DNA from: an uncultured delta proteobacterium
GTDB taxonomy: Bacteria > Desulfobacterota > Syntrophia > Syntrophales > UBA2185
Assembly (NCBI GenBank): GCA_963695875.1
Contig: CAVOID010000003.1
Location: forward strand, 128,001-192,000
Length of the DNA: 64,000 bases
Direction: 5' to 3'
This document shows positions 24,768 to 35,399 of the stretch, piece by piece (position 1 is the first letter of the stretch; each line of letters opens with the position of its first letter). The translations under genes were made by a program, and so were the position numbers. The notes under the pieces were generated by a model. It worked only from the letters and a program-made list of their open reading frames with translations. It had not been told where the DNA came from and ran no database searches.

Positions 24768-25533
24768 AAGTCGTCTGCATCATACCTGCCCGCTATGACT
24801 CCTCCCGCTTTCCCGGGAAGCCCCTTGCCGATCTGTGCGGCAAACCGATGATCCAGCATGTCTATGAACGGGTAGTGCAGAGCAAAGACGGTTTCCTATG
24901 CCGCCGTGGCCACGGATGATGAAAGAATTTTGACCGCTGTGCAAAGCTTCGGCGGCCATGCCATCATGACCTCAGCAACTCACAGATCGGGCACGGACCG
25001 GATCGCCGAAGCAGTCATCCAACTTGATCTTGCAATGCTTCCGATATCGTTGTGAATATCCAGGGAGATCAGCCCCTCTTTGAACCGTTCACAGATTGAT
25101 GAAGTGGCGAAACCGCTCCTAGATGATCCGACGATCCCCATGTCCACCCTGATCTATAAAATTGTGAGGGAAGAAGAGATTACTCATCCCAACGCGGTAA
25201 AGGTCGTCTTTGACAACGACCATTTTGCCATCTATTTTTCCCGGGCGACGATTCCGTATGTTCGGGATAAAGGGACAAGGCGTCATACTACAAGCACCAC
25301 GGCATCTATGCCTACAGGAGGCATTTCTCGAAACCTTTACTCGACTCCCCGAGGGAGTACTTGAAAGACTGGAGGCACTCGAACAACTGAGGGCGATGGA
25401 GCATGGTTACAGAATTAAGGTTGTGGAGACATTACACGACTCTGTGGAGGTCGATACCCCCCAGGAACTCAAGAGGGTGAGAAGACTCATCAAGAGTCGT
25501 GATTCAGTGAGAAAAAGGACGAACAATGATTGA
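24764..25533 (+). CDS. kdsB: 3-deoxy-manno-octulosonate cytidylyltransferase (several frameshifts)
   Basis: [21 protein letters not shown] from ATG 24764; SGTDR, NIQGDQP and LEQLRAME. Confidence 0.92.
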
Positions 25534-26463
25534 TATTGCTTACTTGAAGAGGATCAACCTGGTATCCAAACCCATTGGCCAAAGGATTGTAGCTGCACTA
25601 TTATTGTATTCCCAATTATCGTATTTTTGCCAAAGTGGATATTCAGATTGAAAATATCGATCGTATTCCGCGTGATGAGAATGTGATTTTTGCCATGAAT
25701 CACACGGATCGCTTCAACTACTGGCCCTTTCAGTATAAGCTCTGGAGCTATGAAATGTTTCCCGTATACCACGGCCTGGGTGAAGGGGAAGTATTACAGA
25801 AATGCCCTTCTCGCGAAGGGGCTTGATCTCTGCAACTGCGATCCCCGTGCCATCCATGAAGTATCTGATTGAAGAGTTCTACAGGAAAAAATTTAAGACA
25901 AGGCCTGACGGCAACCTCTACAGGGCAATTAAAGACGTGATTGACGGCAGATATGAGAAGATCGAACAATATCCCGGGATGGCCGCCGAGGCGGTAAGTG
26001 CGATGGGGGAGCAGTTTGTCGAATTTATCAGCGGCTACTATGATCTCATCATGGAGGGTGTGGCAGCCCTGAGCTGGAAGGCCTTGTGCGAGAAAGGACT
26101 CAATCTCATCATTTTTCCGGAAGGCACACGGGGTACCACGCTTGGTGAAGGACGAACCGGCCTAGCCCAGGTGGCACTCGCCACGGGAAAAAGATCGTTC
26201 CTGTCGGCTGCAATAATTCGGATGCTCTCTACACCGGGAGCCTTCCCTTTGCAAAGAGCGGCGTTATCACTTACCGGATAGGTGAACCCCTCTCTCTGGA
26301 TAACCGGCTCAAAGAATTTCGCATAGAAGAGAAATTCACACTTCTGTCTAAAGAATCACAGCTGAAATACAAGAAACATTTCGAACAGGTTACAGCGATC
26401 GTCATGGAAAGCATCAACCAGCTTTTAGACGAGAAGTACCGCCGAGCGTTTACCGGTACTTGA
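25526..26463 (+). CDS. Lysophospholipid acyltransferase family protein (frameshifts)
   Basis: NHTDRFN (HX4D-like) and IFPEGTR motifs. Confidence 0.75.
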
Positions 26464-26490
26464 TGTTAGAATTACTCCCATCATTTCAAA

Positions 26491-26757
26491 CTAAGTCTTA
26501 TATTTGACGGTTGTAGAGGGATGCGTTATTTTTCGTTCGTGATCCATCATTATTTTTAGCTCTCTAATGTCATCATTTAACTTCGAGAACGCCTTCTCGT
26601 ACTCGCCCTTGCACTCAGAATTTAAAGACGGATTCATCAACACCAACTTCATGCCGGTTCTAATTATCTCGGCTTCTTCGAGTGAACGTTTCAAGTGTTC
26701 CATCTTTTTCAATCCAGTGCGTCCTTCTATCGTCATAAATTTCTTGCCGTTTTGCAA
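26491..26757 (-). CDS. Hypothetical small helical protein
   Basis: ORF fills an intergenic gap; no motif recognised. Confidence 0.4.
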   Translation of the reverse strand: MQNGKKFMTIEGRTGLKKMEHLKRSLEEAEIIRTGMKLVLMNPSLNSECKGEYEKAFSKLNDDIRELKIMMDHERKITHPSTTVKYKT

Positions 26758-26858
26758 AAAGCAGGAATCGAAAATGTTACTTCAATCTTTTAGTATTATT
26801 TTTTCGCTTCCTGCAGAATTTCATAGACCAAATCCGGTCTTGTAACCTGCACATAAAA

Positions 26859-27041
26859 TCATTTGAGTCTTATACAGTCTTTTTTCCACAGACAATCCTC
26901 CGCACATGTGTTCCTCGTATGAAAACATGGCGAATAGCCTTCTCTTAGCTGAATATCCCGGATGATGTCCCCCTTTTTGCGGCCACCATTCGAGTCAACA
27001 CCCCAGGTCTTTGCAATTTTACGAATCTCTTGAATATTCAT
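26859..27041 (-). CDS. Small SAP/Rho-N-like helix domain protein with C-terminal Cys cluster
   Basis: MNIQEIRKIAK..KKGDIIRDIQLREG..CF..C...CLWKKDC; AAGGAGG SD. Confidence 0.75.
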   Translation of the reverse strand: MNIQEIRKIAKTWGVDSNGGRKKGDIIRDIQLREGYSPCFHTRNTCAEDCLWKKDCIRLK

Positions 27042-27155
27042 TTCATGATCCTCCTTTTCATTCGAGCGATTTTCTTTCCGCAAACAATCGGTTTTTAAGC
27101 AAGGTTCTTGTTAAAAGGCATGCTGATTAGCCGTTATTTTGAATTTACAGGAAAT

Positions 27156-27171
27156 TGCACTAACTATGCCA
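27156..27171 (-). promoter_or_regulatory. Sigma-54 (-24/-12) promoter
   Basis: Minus strand TGGCAT-AGTTA-GTGCA with correct GG-N10-GC spacing. Confidence 0.6.
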
Positions 27172-27294
27172 TATTGGAAGGATAAAGGTAGGCAGTACTG
27201 TATAAACAGAAAAAACCCGCCAATTATAGCTACTTAGACAAAAGAGACTGGCGCTGCATCGCTTTATTGGAATAATGCAAGTAACTGAAATGAA

Positions 27295-27310
27295 TGTCAA
27301 TTAATTGACA
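27295..27310. promoter_or_regulatory. Perfect 16-bp palindrome, candidate enhancer-binding-protein site
   Basis: TGTCAATTAATTGACA about 125 bp upstream of the sigma-54 site. Confidence 0.55.
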
Positions 27311-27357
27311 ATTTTATGACAACCCGTCAGCTATGCCATTGGCGGGACAATAAACAG

Positions 27358-27393
27358 GAAGAGCGCCCATTCGCTTAAAATGGACGCTCTCCC
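27358..27393 (-). terminator. Hairpin downstream of ilvD
   Basis: GAGCGCCCATT / AATGGACGCTC inverted repeat. Confidence 0.55.
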
Positions 27394-27426
27394 GATAAAG
27401 CACAGGTGAGTTGTATTATAACAGTA

Positions 27427-29090
27427 TCAGTCTTTCAAGATGGCGCCGGTGCTGGCTGAGGTAACCATTCTGGCATACCGGACGAGGTAACCGCTGTTAA
27501 TCGCCGGTGGCTGGGGTCTGAATTTCGCCTGTCTTCGCTTTAATTCCTCCGGGTTGACCTTGAGGGTAATTGTCTTTTTCGGAATATCGATGGCGATAAC
27601 ATCACCCTCCTTTACTAGGCCGATGGGGCCTCCTTCAGCAGCCTCCGGAGAGATGTGTCCGATAGCGGCGCCGCGTGTACCACCGCTGAACCTTCCATCC
27701 GTCAGTAGGGCCACCGTCGTATCGAGTCCCATCCCGGCTATTGCTGATGTCGGTCCCAGCATCTCCCGCATACCGGGTCCTCCTTTCGGACCCTCATAGC
27801 GGATTACGACAATATCTCCCGGTTTGATCTTCCCGCCGAGGATGGAAGCAATCGCATCGTCTTCGGCATCGAAGATGCGGGCCTTGCCTTCATTGACGAG
27901 CATATTTTCTGCGACAGCGGACTGCTTCACCACGGCACCGTCAGGCGCCAGATTTCCTCTGAGGATGGCAATGCCCCCTTCTTTCGTATATGGTTTGTCC
28001 AGAGGCCTGATGACCGAATTGTTTAGTACCCTGGCGTCTTTCAGATTCTTGCCCACGGTTTTCCCTGTCACCGTCATGGCATTCAGATTAATGACACCGA
28101 GTTGACTTATTTCCTTCATTACAGCCTGGACACCGCCTGCCATGTCCAGGTCTTCTAAGTGGTGCTGTCCTGCGGGACTTAGTTTGCAGATATTGGGCGT
28201 TTTTTTGCTGATCTCATTGAACATGTCCAAATCCAGCTTGATTCCCGCTTCATGGGCAATGGCAGGAATATGCAGGACCGTATTGGTCGAACACCCCAGG
28301 GCCATGTCCACGGCGATGGCATTTTTAAAGGCTTTCAAAGTGGCTATATTCCTCGGACGGATGTCTTTCTTGAGGAGTTCCATGATTTTCATGCCGGCCT
28401 GCTTTGCCAGGCGCTGCCGGGCCGCTTGAACAGCGGGTACCGTGCCATTTCCGGGAAGGCCGAGACCAAGGGCCTCGGTGACGCAGTTCATGGAATTTGC
28501 CGTGTACATACCGGAACAGGATCCACAGCCCGGGCAGGCACAGTCTTCCAGAGCCTTGAGATATTGCTCCTTCATCTGGCGGGATTTTACCTTTCCCACG
28601 CCCTCGAAGACGCTGATGAGGTCCACAGTTTTCCCTTCCAGGGTTCCTGCCATCATAGGACCACCGCTGATGAAGATAGTAGGGATGTTCAGGCGCAGTG
28701 CCGCCATCAGCATTCCGGGGATGATCTTATCGCAGTTGGGGATCATGACCAGGGCATCAAAGGGATGGGCCATGACCATAACCTCGATGGAATCGGCAAT
28801 GAGCTCCCGGCTGGCAAGGGAGTATTTCATGCCGGTATGCCCCATGGCAATGCCGTCACATACGCCGATGACGGGAAATTCGACAGGTGTGCCCCCCGCC
28901 ATGCGGATGCCCTGACTTTCACATCTTCGGTTATGATATCTAAATGAATATGGCCGGGGACGATTTCATTGGCGGAGTTCACCACGCCGATCAACGGCTG
29001 TGCGATTTCTTCATCGGTATACCCCATGGCCTTGAACAGAGATCTGTGGGGTGCCCGCTCCAATCCTTTTTTCATCAGGTCGCTTCTCAT
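27427..29090 (-). CDS. ilvD: Dihydroxy-acid dehydratase (frameshift near 28910)
   Basis: [33 protein letters not shown] and TDGRFSG. Confidence 0.97.
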
Positions 29091-29129
29091 GCTTTCCTCC
29101 TGCTTTCCTCCTGTTTTTTTACAATGCCG

Positions 29130-30177
29130 CTATTTTTTTCTCCGTTCCGGCCTTAAAGATCGAACTACTGCACCTGCCAGCCACATCTCGCTGTTTTTCA
29201 TGGTGTCGAGTTCCTTCTGCAGTTTCTCCCTGTAGTCGGGAGCAGAGTTGACTTCCAGGACAATCGCGGTTTCTTTGCCGGAGGCCACTCTGTCATATAA
29301 TGCATCGAAAACAGGTGCTACAGCATCACGGAACCTATTTTTCCAGTCCAAGGGCGCCTCGCTGGGCCGTTGTACTGCAATTGGCATACATCCAGTCCAT
29401 GCCGTTTTGAGCGACGAGCGGCATGAGGCTCTGGGTCAGCTCTTCGACGGTTTCATTGAAGGCTTCGCTCGGACTGTGGCCGTGTTTGCGAAGGACATTA
29501 TACTGGGCTTCCAGGACACCGGCCAGACATCCCATGAGGACGCCACGCTCACCTGTGAGATCGCTGTAAACTTCTTTTTCAAAGGTGGTCGGGAACAGAT
29601 ATCCCGAACCGATGGCAATACCAACGGCAAGGGTTCTTTCCAGAGCCTTTCCCGTGTAATCCTGGAAAACGGCGTAGCTGGAATTGATGCCGCTACCGGC
29701 AAGAAAGTTGTCGCGCACGGTGCGTCCTGCACCTTTTGGCGCTACCAGAATAACATCGATGTCGGCGGGAGGAATCACACCGGTCTGCTCTTTGTAAACG
29801 ATGGAGAATCCGTGAGAAAAATAGAGGGCCTTCCCTTTCGTCAGGTGTGGTTTGAGTTCCGGCCACATGGCCTTCTGGCCCGCATCGGACAGCAGGTACT
29901 GGATAATGGTGCCGCGTTTGGCCGCTTCTATTGGCGGAAACAGGGTCTCACCGGGGATAAAGCCTTCATCGATGGCCTTTTGCCAGTTGTATTCTCCCTC
30001 GCCGACGATACAGCGGATTCCGTTATCTTTCATATTCAAGGCCTGTCCCCGTCCCTGAACACCGTAACCGATGACGGCAACTATTTCATCTTTAAGCACC
30101 TCCCGTGCCTTTTCCAGTGTAAATTCCTCAGAGGTGACAACCTCTTCCATGACTCCGCCAATGTTGATTTTTGGCAT
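29130..30177 (-). CDS. ilvC: Ketol-acid reductoisomerase, Ilv5-like (frameshift near 29350)
   Basis: GYGVQG, FSHGF, VAPKG, SDLTGERG and NCSTTAQRGAL. Confidence 0.95.
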
Positions 30178-30257
30178 ATAAAGTACCTCCTCACTTTGAT
30201 GATTAAATTATTAAAAGTGCGATATAGCTTGTACTTTAAAACACTCTTGATCTGCGA

Positions 30258-30743
30258 TTATTTATGACGCTCCAAGGCGATAACTCCCGTTCTCGTAAAA
30301 TCATCCATACCCATTTTTTCTAAGAGAGCCAGGGCATTATCGATGTCTTCTTTATCGCCCGTGACTTCCAGAATACAGATATCAGCATCCATGCTTACAA
30401 TTTTCCACTTGAGTGTGTCAATAGTTTGCATGATTTTTCCTTGATTCGCCTCCGTAAATTTCATCCTGACCAGTATCATTTCCCTACAGGCTGAATCACT
30501 GCGCGTCAAATCCTTGACTTCGAGGACATCGATGATTTTGGTCAGCTGCTTTTCAAGTTTGATGACGGTTTCCCGATTACCGAGGGTTGTAATAATGATT
30601 CTGGTAATATCAGGATTCCTGGTGATGTTTGCCGAGATGCTTTCAATGTTGAACCCCCGTCCGCTGAAGGTTCCGGCAATCCTTGCCAGGACGTCAGGTT
30701 TGTTGTTCACTAGGATTGAAATCGTGTTTTCTTTAATTTCCAT
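30258..30743 (-). CDS. ilvN: Acetolactate synthase regulatory subunit (ACT); Asp at the conserved Gly
   Basis: [37 protein letters not shown]. Confidence 0.9.
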   Translation of the reverse strand: MEIKENTISILVNNKPDVLARIAGTFSGRGFNIESISANITRNPDITRIIITTLGNRETVIKLEKQLTKIIDVLEVKDLTRSDSACREMILVRMKFTEANQGKIMQTIDTLKWKIVSMDADICILEVTGDKEDIDNALALLEKMGMDDFTRTGVIALERHK

Positions 30744-30782
30744 AATAAGTTGAATCCTCTCTCAATATTTTTTGATGTGAAA

Positions 30783-30912
30783 CCCTTGAAAATATGTGGT
30801 GTGTGCCATTCCGCGGGGAGAAGCAACGAGGAATCTTTAAGATCCCTTCCTTCCGTCGGTACAAGGATTTGTACTTTAGATCGAAATGACACAGTGCGCG
30901 TTTTTCAAAGGG
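30783..30912. repeat. REP/MITE-like palindromic element
   Basis: Outer CCCTTGAAAA / TTTTCAAAGGG and inner GTGCCATTCC / GAAATGACAC inverted repeats. Confidence 0.55.
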
Positions 30913-30935
30913 CACTAAATATCTTTTAATATGTC

Positions 30936-32628
30936 TTACTTGCTCAAGACCATCTCTGTCAGCGCCGCACCTGGTGAAACCATAGGATATACACCTTCCT
31001 CTGGTTCGACATGGAAATCCATTATCACTGTCTTTGAGCGTATCAAGACCTTGTTGTAATGTGGCCTCTACCTCTTCGGGACGGGTTGCCCGCAGGCCGA
31101 CAGCATCGTAGGCTTCAGCCAGTTTCACAAAATCAGGGACATTGCGTATATTACTATGAGAATACCGTTTCCCATAAAATAACTCCTGCCACTGGCGAAC
31201 CATGCCCAGGAAGCCATTGTTCAATATGACTATTTTAACCGGAAGGTCGTAATTGACAGCCGTTGCCAGCTCCTGAATGTTCATCTGAATACTTCCGTCA
31301 CCGGCAATATCCACAACAACCCTGTCAGGACAAGCAACCTGTGCACCTATTGCTGCCGGGAAATCCGAAGCCCATTGTACCCAGACCGCCCGACGAAATG
31401 AAGGAGTTCGGATAATCAAAATGATAGAATTGTGCAGCCCACATCTGGTTCTGTCCCACCTCTGTCGTTATGATTGCCTTGCCCTTTGTGAGGCGGTACA
31501 GTGTATCAACCACGTGCTGGGGTTTTATTTTGTCACCCTGGCAGTATGTCATGGGTGCGTGCTTTTTCCATGCCGCTATTTGATCGAGCCATGCCTTTGT
31601 CTGTGCTTCGGGGATTACAAATTTATCATCGGCAATCCACTTGTTGAGAAGCTGTAATACAGGCTTACAGTCACTGGCAATCGACAGATGTGTCTTTACA
31701 AATTTGTCGATTGACGCCGGATCAATGTCAATGTGGATAACCTTGGCATGCGGCGCAAAGGCATCCAGCTTTGAAGTGACACGGTCGTCAAACCGCATGC
31801 CGAGGGCAATCATCAGGTCGCAATTACTGATGGCCATGTTAGCATAATAGGTGCCGTGCATCCCCGGCATGCCAAGCCAGTGGGGGTCTGTGGCAGGAAA
31901 TGCCCCGAGCCCCATCAATGTTGAGGTAATGGGGATGTTTAGCGCTTTCACAAATGTTCTCAATTCATCCCAGGCCCGGCCTAGCATTACACCACCACCC
32001 GAGATAATGAGCGGTTTTTCAGACTTCCTGATCATGTTAAGGGCTTTTTCGCACTCCTTTTCGACAGAAGTCTTTTTACCGTTATTAGGAAGGCTCAATG
32101 CCCAGGATATATCTTTCTCATCTATGAGAGCCCGTGTGACATCCTTGGGAATATCGATCAGGACAGGTCCCGGACGCTCCTGAGCGGGCTATATAGAAAG
32201 CCTCTCTGACGGTTCGTCCAAGGTCTTCAATCCGCCTGACCAGAAAATTGTGCTTGGTGCATGGTCTTGTAATACCGGTGATGTCCACTTCCTGAAAGGC
32301 ATCGCCGCCGATCAGTGATGTCGCTACCTGTCCGGTCAGTACGACAACCGGAATGGAATCCATAAAGGCATTGGCAATACCGGTGACCGTATTGGTTGCT
32401 CCAGGTCCCGATGTCACCAGGCAGACACCAACCTTGCCGGAAGCCCTTGCGTACCCATCAGCCGCGTGTATGGCACCCTGTTCATGGCGGACTAATATAT
32501 TCTTGATATTTGCTCCTGTACAGTTCATCAAAAATGTCGAGTACGGCACCACCCGGAAAACCGAAGATGGTATCAACTTTCTCTTGCTCCAAGGCATTAA
32601 AAAGAACTTGTGCTCCTGTTAATTTCAC
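30936..32628 (-). CDS. ilvB: Acetolactate synthase large subunit, isozyme A (several frameshifts)
   Basis: GTG start [40 protein letters not shown] and MVRQWQ. Confidence 0.93.
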
Positions 32629-32688
32629 TTGTAACCCCCCCTTTTTTGATTCTTGGTATCTTTGTAAGTCTTTGTTCAGAATTTCTCC

Positions 32689-32722
32689 AAAAAAAAACCG
32701 TTACCTTTGGCTGGTAACGGTT
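32689..32722 (-). terminator. Attenuator terminator of the ilvB-A leader
   Basis: AACCGTTACC-agccaaa-GGTAACGGTT followed by a U-run. Confidence 0.9.
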
Positions 32723-32755
32723 CTTAGTTGCAAAATATATGCTAAGCGCAAACCA

Positions 32756-32830
32756 TCAGCCAGCCCCTTTCCGGAAGGGAATAATTATCCCGATAATTAT
32801 GGCGATGGTTACGACATTTGGTTCAAACAT
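32756..32830 (-). CDS. Ile-rich leader peptide MFEPNVVTIAIIIGIIIPFRKGAG
   Basis: GAGG SD, 24 codons including 7 Ile and 2 Val, followed by antiterminator and terminator. Confidence 0.88.
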   Translation of the reverse strand: MFEPNVVTIAIIIGIIIPFRKGAG

Positions 32831-32896
32831 GTAATTAATCCTCAATTAGTAATTAATCATTAACAGGCTCTTCTAACATTGTCAAGAATATTTTTT

Positions 32897-33409
32897 TCAG
32901 GGTTTTCCTTTTGGTCTATTCCGTTGCATGGCAATTGATCCGGTTCTGTTCGTTTCTTCCACACCAAAGGGTTGAAAGAATTTTAAGACTGCTGCCGTTT
33001 CGTCCTGATGGCCTGTTATTTCCAGGATAAAATAATCGGGGGTCATAGTGACTATTCTGCATCCGAACATTTCAATCGCCCGCAGGACTTCGGAATGTGC
33101 TCCTTCTTTTATAGTAACACCTATTAGCATCAGTTCTCTTTGAATGAAGGCCTGTCCAGAGAGATCGGAGACTTCTATAACGTCGACAAGTTTGTCCAGT
33201 TGTTTTTTTATTTTTTCGGTAAAATCGGGATCCGATTCGCTCGTCAGCGTGATTCTCGAGACATCGGGGTTCGTGGTTTCTGCCACACAGAGGCTTTTGA
33301 TGTTGTATCCATGACGGCCAAATACACCCCCTACGCGGGACAGCACGCCCGGTTGGTTATTGACTAAAATGGAAATGGTCTGTTCCTGTTCACGTATTTT
33401 TCTAAACAT
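32897..33409 (-). CDS. ilvN: Acetolactate synthase regulatory subunit (canonical)
   Basis: ISILVNNQPGVLSRVGGVFGRHGYNIKSL; NRTGSIAM. Confidence 0.92.
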   Translation of the reverse strand: MFRKIREQEQTISILVNNQPGVLSRVGGVFGRHGYNIKSLCVAETTNPDVSRITLTSESDPDFTEKIKKQLDKLVDVIEVSDLSGQAFIQRELMLIGVTIKEGAHSEVLRAIEMFGCRIVTMTPDYFILEITGHQDETAAVLKFFQPFGVEETNRTGSIAMQRNRPKGKP

Positions 33410-33472
33410 AGTATGTCCTCCGGAGTATATCGATCAATCAAGCAAGTCTGACGGCACTGTAAAAAGCCCATG

Positions 33473-35147
33473 TTAAGCAAGTCTTTCATACATCATCTCG
33501 ATGTTTGAGCATCCGGGCGGTATGATGGGATACACATAATTTTCCGGATCGATCACAGCTTCCAGCAGAAACGGACCATCAGAGTTGGCCATTGCTTCAA
33601 TGCCGCGTTTGGGGATCTTCTTCCACGGCAATCCTGCAACCCTGTATACCGAAGCCCCGGGCGACGGCGACGAAATCAACGTTTCTTCCCAGATCGATGG
33701 TGTTAAAGCGGCCATTGTAGAAATGATGCTGGATCTGGCGGATCATCCCCAGGTGGCCGTTATTGATGACAATAATCTTTATCGGCAGATTGTAGTAGCC
33801 GATTGTCGCCAGTTCCTGGATATTCATGTAGAACCCACCGTCACCCGTGATAGCTACGACGGCCCTTTCCGGTGTGCCGACCTTGACGCCGATTGAAGCG
33901 GGTAGGCTGAATCCCATAGTTCCCATCCCGCCGCTGGTGATTAGGCTGCGAGGGCCTCTCGGCCTCCATGTACGGATTGTCCATATCTGATTGAGTCCCA
34001 CGTCTGCGGTCACCGTTGTTTCCCTGGGCATGGCATCCTGAATCATGCGGATGAAATCTCCCGCCTGTCCGCACCCGCTGTCGGAAAATTTTTGTACTAT
34101 CGCATCCCTCTCCGTATCGATTCTCTGCAGCCACTCCGACTTTCCCCTCTCATCAATGAGGGGCAGCAAAGCCGCGAGTGTTTCATTAATATCACCGATG
34201 TAGGGTAGATTGATCTTGATGCTCTTGCCGATTGATGTGGGATCAATATCGATCTGGGCGATTTTTGCCAGAGGCGCGAATTCATCGATTTGCGCAGTAC
34301 TGCGGTCCGAAAAACGGGTACCCACAGCAAGGATAAAATCGCTCTGATGCACCATTTTGTTTGCCAGCTCGTTTCCGTGAGTTCCGATCAAACCCAGGTT
34401 ATATCCATTGGTGGAATCGACGGAACCAACGCCCATCATTGTTGTGACGAAGGGGATTTTTGCCTTTTCTATAAGCTCACGGATCAGGTGAAATGAATTG
34501 CTCAGTTTGACTCCTCCACCGATAATGAGAACCGGTCTTTCGCTCTGATTTAAAGCCCTGGCAATTTTCTCCAGTTGTTCCGGGTCTTCCACCACCCTGC
34601 CGTTCGTTTTCAATGCAGAGGCCGATTGTTTTTCCGCCGGCTCGCATTTCGATGCCAGAATGTCACGAGGCAGATCAACGAGGACAGGGCCTGGTCGCCC
34701 GGTCTTGGCCAGTTCAAAGGCCTGTCTAAGCGAGGGTGCAATATTGTTCACGTCGTGCACCTGGTAGCTGTGTTTGGTGATCGGCATTGTGATCCCGATA
34801 ATGTCCGTTTCCTGAAAAGCGTCCTGACCAAGGAGGCCTGTGCTCACCTGCGCGGTCAGGGCGACCATTGGTGTTGAGTCCATATAGGCTGTGGCAATAC
34901 CGGTTACCAGGTTGGTAGCTCCCGGTCCCGATGTTGCGAGGCATACACCTACCTTTCCGGTGGCGCGGGCGTAGCCGTCGGCGGCATGTGCCGCTGCCTG
35001 TTCGTGCCGCATGAGATAATGTCGGATCTGGCTATCCGTCAGGCGGTCGTGTAAGGGCAGTGTGTTTGCCCCGGGGTATCCGAAGATAACATCCACCCCT
35101 TCCTCTCTGAGGATTTGTATAATGATATCTGCACCGATGGTTTCCAT
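33473..35147 (-). CDS. ilvB: Acetolactate synthase large subunit, isozyme B (frameshift near 33610)
   Basis: [24 protein letters not shown] and GDGG..NN. Confidence 0.92.
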
Positions 35148-35185
35148 ATTTCTTTTCCTTCAATTTTCTTAATTCTTTGGACAAT

Positions 35186-35220
35186 AAAAAAGCCGCAAAT
35201 TCTTCTGAACGGCGGCTTTT
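35186..35220 (-). terminator. Second tandem terminator in the ilvB-B leader
   Basis: AAAAGCCGC ... GCGGCTTTTTT. Confidence 0.75.
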
Positions 35221-35227
35221 CAAATAT

Positions 35228-35260
35228 AAAAAAAGCCGCGGGTTTGCGGGGCCCGCGGCT
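35228..35260 (-). terminator. Attenuator terminator of the ilvB-B leader
   Basis: AGCCGCGGG-ccccgcaaa-CCCGCGGCT followed by a U-run. Confidence 0.9.
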
Positions 35261-35281
35261 CTTCGTTTCTATGTCAATCCA

Positions 35282-35368
35282 TCACAGAAACCGAGCAGCG
35301 GTCCCCCTGAGTACAAGTACTACCACTACGGCTACGATTAGAATGTTGCTCAGTTTGTGATGGGTCAT
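35282..35368 (-). CDS. Val/Leu-rich leader peptide MTHHKLSNILIVAVVVVLVLRGTAARFL
   Basis: 28 codons with an ILIVAVVVVLVL run, followed by antiterminator and terminator. Confidence 0.88.
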   Translation of the reverse strand: MTHHKLSNILIVAVVVVLVLRGTAARFL

Positions 35369-35399
35369 TTATTTACCATTATTCACGAATTATTGAAAA

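Noticed and set aside
22558..30267. Long antisense ORFs (22558..23568 and 29248..30267)
   Set aside because: Shadows of the kdnA-like gene and ilvC on the opposite strand, with no recognisable motifs.
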